Positions 18,782 through 27,490 are shown, numbered from the stretch's first letter. The stretch: DNA of 50,796 nucleotides from a virus (IMGVR_UViG_3300020205_001870:1-50796), one strand, 5' to 3'. Program-made: numbers and translations. Notes: a model not told the origin generated them from the letters alone.

Positions 18782-19490
18782 TGGTGGCTCCGATGGTGAG
18801 GCGAACGGCACGTTCACGGGGCGTGAGGACATGGCCGTGGGGTAGGTAGTTGACGTAGTCGGTGTCGTCCCAACAGGTGCGGCAGGAGTTGTCGGAGCAG
18901 GAACCGCCGAGCATGGACTTGGGGCAGTTGCGAATACCGGGTAGTCCACTAGACATAGAGACGGTTCCATGTCCTAGGCCCGGTACCACGGGAGGAACGT
19001 CGTCGAAGTTAAGGGCGGATGGACGGACGCAAACATTCTCGCGAGAATGCAAGGCGGACAGGGCAGGAATCCAATGGGGAAACCTATAGGTTCTTGTTGG
19101 AAACCAGAAGCGGGTACCGGGGCACCGATCCACAATTCCGATCCATGTTAGGATGGACGAAAGGTGGTGAAAGTCTCCGCTGTCGTGAACACGAAACCAC
19201 CTTGTTCCTTCGTTGTGTAAGAAGCGGACAAGGATATCGGCAAAGTGGCCGGGGTCGGACTTGAAGAAGGCGAAGCGGGCTGCTTGTGATTCTTGGACGT
19301 TCCGGAATAGGTAGTTAGCCTGTTGGGCGTAGCAAGAATTGCAGATTGAGTTAGGCCCACGATGTTCAGCGGGACATGCGCCCGCCTTTCCTGCGGGCAG
19401 GGACCATGACCAACAAGACATGGCTGTTGTCCATGATAGAAGGGAGTAGGACTTCCCGTTGTGTTGGAAGCGGGGAGAGGATGAAGCCAA
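18771..19490 (-). CDS. Gp88-family protein (radical-SAM-like fold)
   Basis: WSLPA...CP...CNSCYA, FRVHDSGDF, FWFPTR, C-terminal CP...C..CRTCW. Confidence 0.8.
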   Translation of the reverse strand: MASSSPRFQHNGKSYSLLSWTTAMSCWSWSLPAGKAGACPAEHRGPNSICNSCYAQQANYLFRNVQESQAARFAFFKSDPGHFADILVRFLHNEGTRWFRVHDSGDFHHLSSILTWIGIVDRCPGTRFWFPTRTYRFPHWIPALSALHSRENVCVRPSALNFDDVPPVVPGLGHGTVSMSSGLPGIRNCPKSMLGGSCSDNSCRTCWDDTDYVNYLPHGHVLTPRERAVRLTIGATNGI

Positions 19491-19502
19491 CGTTGTCTCC
19501 GT

Positions 19503-19539
19503 TAGGGGTGAAAGAAAGTCCGGCGGTCGTATCGCCGGG
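19503..19539 (-). terminator. Hairpin plus U tract between DUF932 and Gp88 genes
   Basis: CCGGCG/CGCCGG stem, then CTTTCTTTCACCCCTA on the minus strand. Confidence 0.55.
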
Positions 19540-19552
19540 GTAAGGGGTAGAG

Positions 19553-20374
19553 TTAGTTGGGTAGATCGGCTGTCCAGTCGCTGTCGTCAAAGCGAGCATC
19601 GACAAGGGCGCGGCAGGTGCCGTCGAGGATGCTAGAGAGTCGAGCGGTACGGCGTTGCGACTCTCGGGGAGACTCGGATAGTTTCTCTACTTCGGTAAAG
19701 GCGTTGAAGAGGGACCAGAGGTTGTTGCCCTTTAGGGCATTGTGTCCCCCGGGTCCGTCTTCGCGGTTGAATTCTTGCCATACACGAGGGAGAAGCCGAC
19801 CATTTGTGCCCCCTTTAGTGAGGGCAGTCATGCATAGATCGGCGGCGTTGCGCCGCACAGTTATTGGGTCCGTTCCTAGGTAGGTAGACTTCCACCGTTC
19901 TACTTGTTGCTCTGTGTCTTCAAAGTATCCGGGCAGTTCAGCGATCTTGTCGATGCAAAGACGCGGGAAGTCCCGCATGATGTTGGTAGTGTGTCTCCGG
20001 CTGAATTTCACTACGGCATTGTCGGCACGGAAGGCGAGGTTGTCGCAGACAAGGACTCTGCTACCAAGAGCCGCTTGACCCGCGAACACCATACGGTGAC
20101 TGTTACGCAGGCCTAGGACATGGCAGAAGTCACCGTTTGGACTAGTCCGGGACAAGTCGAGAACCCCGAAATAGTCCTCTCCTCCCTTACCCATAAGGGC
20201 ATGCTCTTGGCGTGTAACGGTGTATCCGTGGTACGCAAGAGCCTCTAGCACCATGTCAAGTAGATAGCGGTGTGGAATTGGATGGTGAGTGGCGGTCGAT
20301 CGGGGGGTTACGACATTCGTGATGTCAGCGAGGGATGCGGAGTAGCCACCAGCATGCAACATAAGTTTAGACAT
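19553..20374 (-). CDS. DUF932-family protein
   Basis: THHPIPH, LGLRNSH, RVLVCDNL, RRHT, LWSLFNAFTE. Confidence 0.8.
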   Translation of the reverse strand: MSKLMLHAGGYSASLADITNVVTPRSTATHHPIPHRYLLDMVLEALAYHGYTVTRQEHALMGKGGEDYFGVLDLSRTSPNGDFCHVLGLRNSHRMVFAGQAALGSRVLVCDNLAFRADNAVVKFSRRHTTNIMRDFPRLCIDKIAELPGYFEDTEQQVERWKSTYLGTDPITVRRNAADLCMTALTKGGTNGRLLPRVWQEFNREDGPGGHNALKGNNLWSLFNAFTEVEKLSESPRESQRRTARLSSILDGTCRALVDARFDDSDWTADLPN

Positions 20375-20711
20375 TATCTTTGTCTCCGAAGGGTTCATGA
20401 GGAAACCATATCCGCTGGCCCTTCTTGCAAGCGGATATAGCGATAGCCTCGACAAGCGCACACGCGCCACTGTCGAGGATTTCGAAGTCGAAGTTATCCC
20501 CTTTGTCCTCTAGCACGGACACAAGGTAGAAACGATTAGGGGGCATGTCGGGATCATTGAGAATCCTCGCTTTATGAGGACTGAATATGACGAAGTCGGA
20601 GGTGTTGAAAGTGGGTTGGTCTGGCACAGTTCTCCATTGTACACAAGGTTGCGAAGTAGTAAAGAGGTTAGAGAGATTGTTAAGTGTTTCCGGGGGGTGG
20701 GTCGGTGACAT
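20367..20711 (-). CDS. Hypothetical protein
   Basis: Co-oriented ORF overlapping neighbours. Confidence 0.55.
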   Translation of the reverse strand: MSPTHPPETLNNLSNLFTTSQPCVQWRTVPDQPTFNTSDFVIFSPHKARILNDPDMPPNRFYLVSVLEDKGDNFDFEILDSGACALVEAIAISACKKGQRIWFPHEPFGDKDNV

Positions 20712-20880
20712 CGTCTAGATAGCAGTTGAAGGGGTGGCTTATTCGGTATTCGAGGGAGGCGATGAGGTCGCGGGTAAGTTGGTCGGCGTATTGATCGGGG
20801 TCAACGCCATCGGAGCGGCAGTCGTCGTCGGTAAAGTCGATGGTTAGGCGCACTTCGGCGCGGTAGGTTCTATTAGTCAT
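20680..20880 (-). CDS. Hypothetical protein
   Basis: Coupled ORF with C-ending codon bias. Confidence 0.55.
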   Translation of the reverse strand: MTNRTYRAEVRLTIDFTDDDCRSDGVDPDQYADQLTRDLIASLEYRISHPFNCYLDDVTDPPPGNT

Positions 20881-21124
20881 GGGTGATGGAGTCGAAGCAA
20901 GAGGGGCAGATGCGGGAGATCAAGGCTTCGCGGTCGTCGCGGTTGAGGTAGGGGAAAGCGTGTTGCATTAGTTGGTTTCTATTCAAGGCGGCTAAGCCGG
21001 AGAGCCAGTCGGCTTCGTGAATGTCGAAGCGATGGGGGCGGTGACACTCGCAACAGTTCACGGTAACGCGGACTAAGTCAATGTCCGTGGGGTGGGGATT
21101 GAAGGATATGGGGTCGATGGTCAT
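20873..21124 (-). CDS. Small zinc-ribbon-like protein
   Basis: CCEC and CPSC pairs; QHAFPYL...REALIS. Confidence 0.65.
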   Translation of the reverse strand: MTIDPISFNPHPTDIDLVRVTVNCCECHRPHRFDIHEADWLSGLAALNRNQLMQHAFPYLNRDDREALISRICPSCFDSITHD

Positions 21125-21135
21125 GAGTTGGCTCG

Positions 21136-21183
21136 TAGGGGGTGAAAGAAAGCCCCCTGCACCTTGTGACGGGTGCAGGGGGC
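21136..21183 (-). terminator. Intrinsic terminator
   Basis: Perfect 12-bp stem GCCCCCTGCACC/GGTGCAGGGGGC followed by TTTCTTTC on the minus strand. Confidence 0.75.
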
Positions 21184-21203
21184 CGGGGACAAAGGCGGGT
21201 GGG

Positions 21204-21641
21204 TTAGTTGGTGGCAGCAGTTGGACAGGGAAGAGGACGGGGGAGCGAGGAGTCTCGGTTGGAGACTTCGGGGAGGTTCTCGAAGTTGTTTATACTGACG
21301 TGCTCCTCCATGTCGTCGTTAGGGGGGATGAGGGTGACGGTTTCGAGGAGGACGTTGGTTTGGAGGTGGTGGAGGAGGTCGTCGTCGGAGAGGTGGTTGG
21401 TGCTGTGAAGGTAGACGTTCCAACAGGCGAGGCCGTTGATGATGTCGGCGAGGGAGGCGGTGCCGGGGTCGATGCCGATCATCTTGAGCATCTTCCAGTT
21501 GGTGGTATCGGTGGCAGCGCGGTCAGCGGCCATAGCGGCTTCCCAACGCCCGACGTTGTGGTGGGATTGGTAGTCGGCGATTCGACGTTCGCGGTCGGCG
21601 GCGAGGTTTGCGAACACGAGAAGGGGATTGGTCGTTGTCAT
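21204..21641 (-). CDS. Hypothetical protein
   Basis: GGAG RBS; TNHLSDDDL...RDSSLPRP; strong C-ending codon bias. Confidence 0.7.
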   Translation of the reverse strand: MTTTNPLLVFANLAADRERRIADYQSHHNVGRWEAAMAADRAATDTTNWKMLKMIGIDPGTASLADIINGLACWNVYLHSTNHLSDDDLLHHLQTNVLLETVTLIPPNDDMEEHVSINNFENLPEVSNRDSSLPRPLPCPTAATN

Positions 21642-21705
21642 TGGCGTTGTCTCCGCATGGTTTGGTGGGTTGGTGTCGTTGCCCCATGCAAGCAACGAAA
21701 CCATA

Positions 21706-21747
21706 GTGAAAGAGAAAGCCCCCCGTCTCGGGCAGGAGACGGAGGGC
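21706..21747 (-). terminator. Intrinsic terminator
   Basis: GCCCCCCGTCTC/GAGACGGAGGGC stem followed by TTTCTCTTTC on the minus strand. Confidence 0.65.
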
Positions 21748-21764
21748 CGGAGACTGCAGGGGGT

Positions 21765-22070
21765 TCAAAGGGAGCCGGTATCGGCGGGTACACCGTCGTA
21801 GTCTCCCGCCCATTCAACTTCGACTTCGGGGGCGGGAGTCGGTAGGTTCGGTTGGATAATTTGAACGATGTCCCCCGGGCAAACGAAAGCATAGGGGCGG
21901 TTGTACTTATCCGCGTAGAAGCGACATAGTTCCGCCGCTTCCGCGTACCAACGAACACGAGCGATAGGGTGGATGTACCCTAGGGAGTATATAGCGAATT
22001 CGTCACCCGGTGAGCAATTTGAGCCGTGATGGGGTGCTATGTATGTTCCAACGAGATAGAAGGGATTCAA
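21765..22070 (-). CDS. Hypothetical protein
   Basis: TTG start with GGAG RBS; bounded by two terminators. Confidence 0.5.
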   Translation of the reverse strand: MNPFYLVGTYIAPHHGSNCSPGDEFAIYSLGYIHPIARVRWYAEAAELCRFYADKYNRPYAFVCPGDIVQIIQPNLPTPAPEVEVEWAGDYDGVPADTGSL

Positions 22071-22129
22071 TTTCGTGTCTCCGATTTGGGGGTTTGTAAG
22101 GGGTTTCGTAGTGCGTGAACGGGTACTAG

Positions 22130-22176
22130 GAAAGAGAGAAACAAAGAAAGGGGGGGAGAGCGGTTGCCCTCCCCCC
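22130..22176 (-). terminator. Intrinsic terminator
   Basis: GGGGGGAG/CTCCCCCC stem followed by TTTCTTTGTTTC on the minus strand. Confidence 0.7.
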
Positions 22177-22182
22177 AAGGGG

Positions 22183-22518
22183 TCAGAAGGTGACCGGAGC
22201 ACCTTCGGGTGCAACCGCTCCCGCTGGTTTCAGGTAGATCCGTGATTGTCCTACACGGTCGCCCTCTTTGACGGCCAGTTGCATCATCACCCCGCCGACG
22301 TTGATCATCGGAGCGTCCAACTTCAGGGTTCCGTACCGGGTGTATGTCACTTCCGACTTCCCCTCCGGGGTGAAATTAGCCGTCAACCCTTCGCCAGCCA
22401 ACAACCGCAGCGTTACCACCCATCCGGTTCCTGCGGAATTCTGCTCCACCGTCGCTCCGACTTGTGAGAAGTTCACCACAGGAGCGATCATCATAGCCTT
22501 CGTTGCATTCTTTGCCAT
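22183..22518 (-). CDS. Hypothetical early protein
   Basis: GGAG RBS; followed by a terminator. Confidence 0.7.
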   Translation of the reverse strand: MAKNATKAMMIAPVVNFSQVGATVEQNSAGTGWVVTLRLLAGEGLTANFTPEGKSEVTYTRYGTLKLDAPMINVGGVMMQLAVKEGDRVGQSRIYLKPAGAVAPEGAPVTF

Positions 22519-22795
22519 TGTACTAGTCTCCATTAGAGTGCTATTGCTACCCTAACAATAAGGGCGGCGACACTCTAGGCCTTACGGTGGAGCATGCCCC
22601 GGGGTGAAGTGAGCGTAAACCCTTGGAAATGCTGGACTTACAACAAACCGAAATTCTCTTTGCGTGCTTACTGCCCCCGATCCGTGTCGTGTTATCGGAC
22701 TCCGTTGCCCCTGTGACGCAGCGCACCCCCCCGGAGGCCCCCTGCTGATGGCCACAATTTGCGGGGGAAAGACCCTTTTTGTCTAGTAATTTTTT

Positions 22796-22971
22796 CACTG
22801 ACAACCACTGACAACCCTGCCTGTCAGTACGGACCCGCATTTGCAGGGTGCCAGAGGGGTTTATCTATCCCTTTTTCCCTTACTGACAGGACTGACATAT
22901 ATTTCCAAAGAGATAGGGGTATAGATATACAGAGAGTTTTGTTGTGGGAAAAGTCTGTCAGTACTGTCAGT
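22796..22971. repeat. Iteron cluster (ACTGACA/TGTCAGT x7), putative replication origin
   Basis: ACTGACA at 22797, 22807, 22882, 22891; TGTCAGT at 22822, 22956, 22965; AT-rich spacer; abuts the helicase stop. Confidence 0.7.
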
Positions 22972-22973
22972 CA

Positions 22974-24401
22974 TTAATCCAGCTCATCTTCTTTGTCCTT
23001 CTTCAGCGAAAGACCCCCTAAAACGCGCGTTCCTTCAACACCTTTCCTGATCCTGCTTAGGTCCCAACTAGATTCCGCCTGAATTTTACTTACCAGTTGG
23101 TTGTCAGCCACATGCATTTTCACGTTATTGGACTTGCACCAGTCTTTCCATTCCCTCCGAACAAGGTCATTGGACACAAATCCGGCCTTGTTCTTTAGAA
23201 ACCGGGCCTCCAAAAAATAGTCAAACGGGTTATTGACCAAGTGATATTCTTTAACAACGCGCAACCCGTTATCAGTGGGGGTAAACTTCAGCGCGTCCGG
23301 GGCAGCTTCCAATCTTATAGCTCCCTGTAGGGCCCAATAGGCAATCCCTGCTAGCTCTCCTTTAAGTACATCCATAAGGTTGTGCTGCTCCTTGCCTTCA
23401 AAACTTTTCTCAAACGGAAGCACCAACATCTTGCCGCTGAGTCCTCTGCCCTTATTTGGCAACTGGGGAATTTCATTAGCTTGCACCCAAGGGGCGGCGT
23501 TGACTACAACATTTCTAGTTTGCCTTTTGTACTTCGCATTAATGCTAATGGGATCGCGTCCTAGTACGTTCTTCAGTACACGAACGGCGATTTCCCCCTC
23601 CCTTGAATCAAGTTCGCTGACCTCTGAAATGCATAACACTTTGGCAAACTCCATCCCGTCTAAGCCAAAGCTTCCGGCAATCTCATCTAGGCTGGTTCCT
23701 ACAAATCCGGTTCCCCCAACAAGCCAACGCATCACGGTGCTGATCGTTCCCTTGCCTGCCCGTATTTTCCCGTGAAACAACATCCACTTGGCGTACCTTC
23801 GGTGGCTCATCATTGAGTAGCCCATCCACCGCTGTAGTAACTCGACCCATACAGGATCTCCCCCACTCCATTCCCGCAGGCATTGTTGCCATCTGGGGCA
23901 CACCGCTGCAGAGTCAAGATCTACATCTACGACGCAAGGATCAAACCATTCTGGACCGCGTGGCACAACCACAAGAGTTTCCGAAAGGGCACTGGCCTTG
24001 ATATCCACAACGTAATCCCGAAACGAAATCGAACAGTGGGGGTCCTCAAGAGTCCCTTCTAATTCAGGTCGTAACCATTGAGGAACATCTGTTCTAGCAA
24101 CACGACACAAGGCTTCTAAAGCGCGAACAATCCCATTTACCTTGAACTCTGTTGGGCCAAATCGTTCGACTATTAATCCTGCAGGATCATCACTGACATA
24201 CAGATCCTCGCTCCACCGCCAGACAGCATCCTCTAGCCACTGCTTATCTCGCTGCATCCACCTTCCCCCGTACCATTCAAACAAACGGCCTTGAACTTCT
24301 TTAAGTCCAAGACCTTCTTCAAAGCCCACCTTAAGCATGGCCCGTGCAACTTTTAATGGTTCAAGAGTGCGAAGGGGATTTTGTTGTGTACCCAGAGTCA
24401 T
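22974..24401 (-). CDS. D5/P4-type SF3 helicase with no primase domain
   Basis: CPRWQQCL...LLQRWMGY, Walker A GKIRAGKGT, ISE, INAKYK, QANEIP. Confidence 0.85.
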   Translation of the reverse strand: MTLGTQQNPLRTLEPLKVARAMLKVGFEEGLGLKEVQGRLFEWYGGRWMQRDKQWLEDAVWRWSEDLYVSDDPAGLIVERFGPTEFKVNGIVRALEALCRVARTDVPQWLRPELEGTLEDPHCSISFRDYVVDIKASALSETLVVVPRGPEWFDPCVVDVDLDSAAVCPRWQQCLREWSGGDPVWVELLQRWMGYSMMSHRRYAKWMLFHGKIRAGKGTISTVMRWLVGGTGFVGTSLDEIAGSFGLDGMEFAKVLCISEVSELDSREGEIAVRVLKNVLGRDPISINAKYKRQTRNVVVNAAPWVQANEIPQLPNKGRGLSGKMLVLPFEKSFEGKEQHNLMDVLKGELAGIAYWALQGAIRLEAAPDALKFTPTDNGLRVVKEYHLVNNPFDYFLEARFLKNKAGFVSNDLVRREWKDWCKSNNVKMHVADNQLVSKIQAESSWDLSRIRKGVEGTRVLGGLSLKKDKEDELD

Positions 24402-24429
24402 TCGACTATCCTTCCAACAGGAGTCTTAG

Positions 24430-26373
24430 ATGCCTAACGAATTTTCGCCCACTAACCCACTGCAATTTTCACTTACTGATCCACGAGCTTTCCTTGATAT
24501 TTTGGCTTCCCGTGCTGCAGCCAGTGGTGTTCCTATGGGCACAGGACAGAAAAGGGTAAAGGCTTCTCCAGTCCCTGCAGCTCCGCCAGCGACCCCGCCT
24601 GCTGCCCCGGCAAAGGGAAAAACAACACCCAAGCAGACGTTGCCCACAAATGCGGCAGATAGGCTGAAAGCTGCAAAGGCGGCTGTAGAACAAGCACGAA
24701 TGGCCGATTTAACTCGCCTACAGACACTAGCTCAACAAGGATATGAAATTGATCCTCTGACTGAGCGAAGAGCTATGGAGCGATACCAAAATAGAATGCG
24801 GGGCATTGTGGCAGAAGAAAATCTGCTTCAACGTCAAGGGCTCTACAAGCAACAAATTCGAGATCGGGTTTCCGAAAACAAAGCAAAAAAGCTAGAACGA
24901 GGTGTTGCGAGAGCGGGGGCTAAGGCTGTCCCGCAGTCTACACCAAGTCCGGAAACTACACAAGATACAAGTATTGAAAACCCAGAACAAGTTCTAGATT
25001 CTGTTCCCCCGGTCCCAGTTCCGGCCTTGGCCCCAGTTTCGATCCCAGTCCCGGCTTCGGTCCCGGTTGCGCCTCAGGTTCTGGCCTCGGCTGCTCTTGA
25101 CCAAGCAATAGCTCAAAGCCCCACGGGACAACTAAGTTCTCTAGCCAATAACCCGCTAGGTTATCGTGCAGATTATGGAGCACAACAACCGCTTGATCAA
25201 TTGTTGGGGGAGCTTCTTCCTGAACAACGGGCGATGGTGCAATCACAGATGGCCGCTAATAATCCTTACGGATATCAGCAAAGTATTGGGGGCGGCGTAC
25301 CAGTTAAGCGGCAACCAGAGGATTTTGGAACAACTCTTAGAAAAGGAAACAACGAGGCAGTCCGAAGGATAGAAAATTTCTTGTTTAGTTTACCTGTTGT
25401 GCAATCAACTTTTGCACCCGGTGGAATTCTAGGTCCACCATTGCCTCCCGATCTGGCTCAACGAGCTGTGGACCGGGCGATGACTCCAAACGAAAGGGCG
25501 ATGGCCCAAGCCCAACAAACGCAGGGTGCTATGCAAGGAGCCATTCAAGATATGGCTGGCTTTGGAGCTGGTGCTGGGTCAAGGTCCATTCCTTCGGGGG
25601 CGATTAAACAGACCACCATCAACGAAGGTCCGGTCCTTCAAGGCCGTACTCCTAATGTTGCTGAATCTGCAAGGCCTTCACCTACTTATAGGTTTAACGA
25701 TTTAACTGCTCAACAGCAAGGGGATTTAGCGGCTCTTTCTGAATGGGGTAGCCGAAGTGTTCCTTCTTCTCCCCCTTTAACAGGGCCAAATCCTCAGCCT
25801 AGTGTAGGTATGTTACCCCCTAATATGAATCGGGGCGTGTTGAATGTGACCCCGGGTAATCAGGGGCAAATTAGAGATCTTCCTGTTATCCAAGAACCGG
25901 TGGTACGCGCTCCTTCTCTTGTAGATTCTGTACGCCCAAATATGCCTGTTGATGTTGTACCTTCTCTTGCACCTATTGGTTCGATTTCTAAACCTTATCC
26001 CCGGACCCAAACTACTCCGGATGGCCAAGGTCTTTTACCGGGAATTTCCACAGCTGATGCACCGGCTCTTAGGCCTTATGAAATGCCAGTGCCTCCGGTC
26101 AATCAAATTCCAAGGCCCGAGATCAATGAAATTTTGGGTCAATTGATCTTCCCTTCTAATTTTTCTCAGCTCAAACCAGTTCGTCCTTCTGTCGTCCCAG
26201 CTGAAGCACCTCCAACAACGCCTTCCCCTTCAAAGTTTAATTTTACAGAGGGTCTAAAGCGAGGCGCAAAGGGTTTGATTGAAGGTTATAAGTCCGGCGT
26301 AGCAGAACGTAAGAAGCAGGAAGAAGCAGCAAGACTTGCGAAAGAAAAAGCTAAGAGTCAAGGAAGCTCTTAA
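24430..26373 (+). CDS. Pro/Gln/Ala-rich low-complexity protein
   Basis: AGGAG RBS; 647 aa open frame; first gene of the plus arm. Confidence 0.7.
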   Translation: MPNEFSPTNPLQFSLTDPRAFLDILASRAAASGVPMGTGQKRVKASPVPAAPPATPPAAPAKGKTTPKQTLPTNAADRLKAAKAAVEQARMADLTRLQTLAQQGYEIDPLTERRAMERYQNRMRGIVAEENLLQRQGLYKQQIRDRVSENKAKKLERGVARAGAKAVPQSTPSPETTQDTSIENPEQVLDSVPPVPVPALAPVSIPVPASVPVAPQVLASAALDQAIAQSPTGQLSSLANNPLGYRADYGAQQPLDQLLGELLPEQRAMVQSQMAANNPYGYQQSIGGGVPVKRQPEDFGTTLRKGNNEAVRRIENFLFSLPVVQSTFAPGGILGPPLPPDLAQRAVDRAMTPNERAMAQAQQTQGAMQGAIQDMAGFGAGAGSRSIPSGAIKQTTINEGPVLQGRTPNVAESARPSPTYRFNDLTAQQQGDLAALSEWGSRSVPSSPPLTGPNPQPSVGMLPPNMNRGVLNVTPGNQGQIRDLPVIQEPVVRAPSLVDSVRPNMPVDVVPSLAPIGSISKPYPRTQTTPDGQGLLPGISTADAPALRPYEMPVPPVNQIPRPEINEILGQLIFPSNFSQLKPVRPSVVPAEAPPTTPSPSKFNFTEGLKRGAKGLIEGYKSGVAERKKQEEAARLAKEKAKSQGSS

Positions 26374-26391
26374 GGAAGTATTCGGTATCAA

Positions 26392-26841
26392 ATGACCACG
26401 AAGAAGCGCAAGGGAATGTCATTTAGTTTGGGAGGGGGACTTCGGTGGGTCCATGAATCTCGTTTCTGTGACGAGATGCAATTGACCCCCACTGCTTTCC
26501 GGAAGTTGTGTCGGGCCCTTGGGGTTCCGATGCTGCACATTCATGATGATTGGCTGGTCAATCTGCATATGTTTCGTATCGGAATGTGGGCGGCTTGCCG
26601 GTTTGGCCAAAATGATTTTTTGGTTCCGGGTTGTACAGAGATTGCAAAGGGTAGAAAGCTTGGGCGTACAAAATCCAAAATGCTCTCCCGGGAATACATC
26701 GAAGCCAATTTGCCGATGCTTGTTGAGGAAGTGTGCAAGGCCCGTGTTATGGACGGCATTGAACTCGAACAACGCACCATCGAAGAATCCCAAGACGCTG
26801 CTCGTCGCATGCTCAATCTACTAAACCCAAGGATTCCCTAA
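26392..26841 (+). CDS. Hypothetical protein, possible DNA-binding
   Basis: HTH-like FCDEMQLTPTAFRKLCRALGVP. Confidence 0.6.
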   Translation: MTTKKRKGMSFSLGGGLRWVHESRFCDEMQLTPTAFRKLCRALGVPMLHIHDDWLVNLHMFRIGMWAACRFGQNDFLVPGCTEIAKGRKLGRTKSKMLSREYIEANLPMLVEEVCKARVMDGIELEQRTIEESQDAARRMLNLLNPRIP

Positions 26842-27092
26842 TGGCCGCAAAGAAACGATTTAACCTAAGGGCAGAGCACAAGAATCCCAGTGGGGGTCTT
26901 AATGCTAAAGGCCGAACGGCTTACAACAAAGCCACAGGAAGTAATTTAAAAGCTCCTCAGCCGGAGGGCGGTTCTAGGCGCGATAGCTTTTGTGCACGAA
27001 TGGAAGGGATGAAGAAAAAGTTGACATCCCGAGAAACGGCACGGGACCCAAACAGCCGGATCAATAAAAGCCTGCGGGCGTGGAGGTGTTAA
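26841..27092 (+). CDS. Small basic phage protein (DUF6321-like)
   Basis: KNPSGGLNAKGR...SFCARM...DPNSRINKSLRAWRC. Confidence 0.75.
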   Translation: MAAKKRFNLRAEHKNPSGGLNAKGRTAYNKATGSNLKAPQPEGGSRRDSFCARMEGMKKKLTSRETARDPNSRINKSLRAWRC

Positions 27093-27290
27093 ATGGCTAA
27101 GAAGAAAGACCTGTTGGACATGTTGATGGGGCCCCCTAAAAAGGAACCTAAATACAAGAGTCTTAAGAAAAAGAATGGGGAAGAAAAAGAAGAAGAAGAA
27201 GACGAAATGGACGAAGGGTGTAGTGGACACTCTAAGGGTATTGAAATGCGTATTTCACTTCTTCTTCCTGCAGCATTGCAGGCGAAGTAG
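27093..27290 (+). CDS. Small Lys/Glu-rich protein
   Basis: GGAGG RBS; abuts the previous stop. Confidence 0.6.
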   Translation: MAKKKDLLDMLMGPPKKEPKYKSLKKKNGEEKEEEEDEMDEGCSGHSKGIEMRISLLLPAALQAK

Positions 27291-27352
27291 AAGTTGTTGA
27301 TTTTATTTTTAAACCGCATCCCCTTGTTGGGGAGCTAACAAAAGGAGTGGTC

Positions 27353-27475
27353 ATGCCTAAGGTTAATGGAAAGAAGTTTCCGTACACATTGAAGGGGAAG
27401 ACTGCCGCGAAAGCTGCAGCTAAGAAGATGCCTTCACATATGAAGTCAATGCGCCCTAAGGGTGGTAAAGTTTAA
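27353..27475 (+). CDS. Small basic protein (40 aa); not in the ORF track
   Basis: AAGGAG RBS; MPKVNGKKFPYTLKGKTAAKAAAKKMPSHMKSMRPKGGKV. Confidence 0.7.
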   Translation: MPKVNGKKFPYTLKGKTAAKAAAKKMPSHMKSMRPKGGKV

Positions 27476-27490
27476 AATAGGGATTGCGTA

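Noticed and set aside
21081-21845. 254-aa Val/Gly-rich plus-strand ORF (similarly 17522-18010 plus and 35421-36119 minus)
   Set aside because: Antisense products of C-ending codon bias; the first crosses terminators
22534-22973. tRNA, CRISPR array or coding ORFs in the intergenic region
   Set aside because: No cloverleaf or T-loop consensus, repeats are only 7-10 bp without spacers, and the ORFs lack RBS or coding signal
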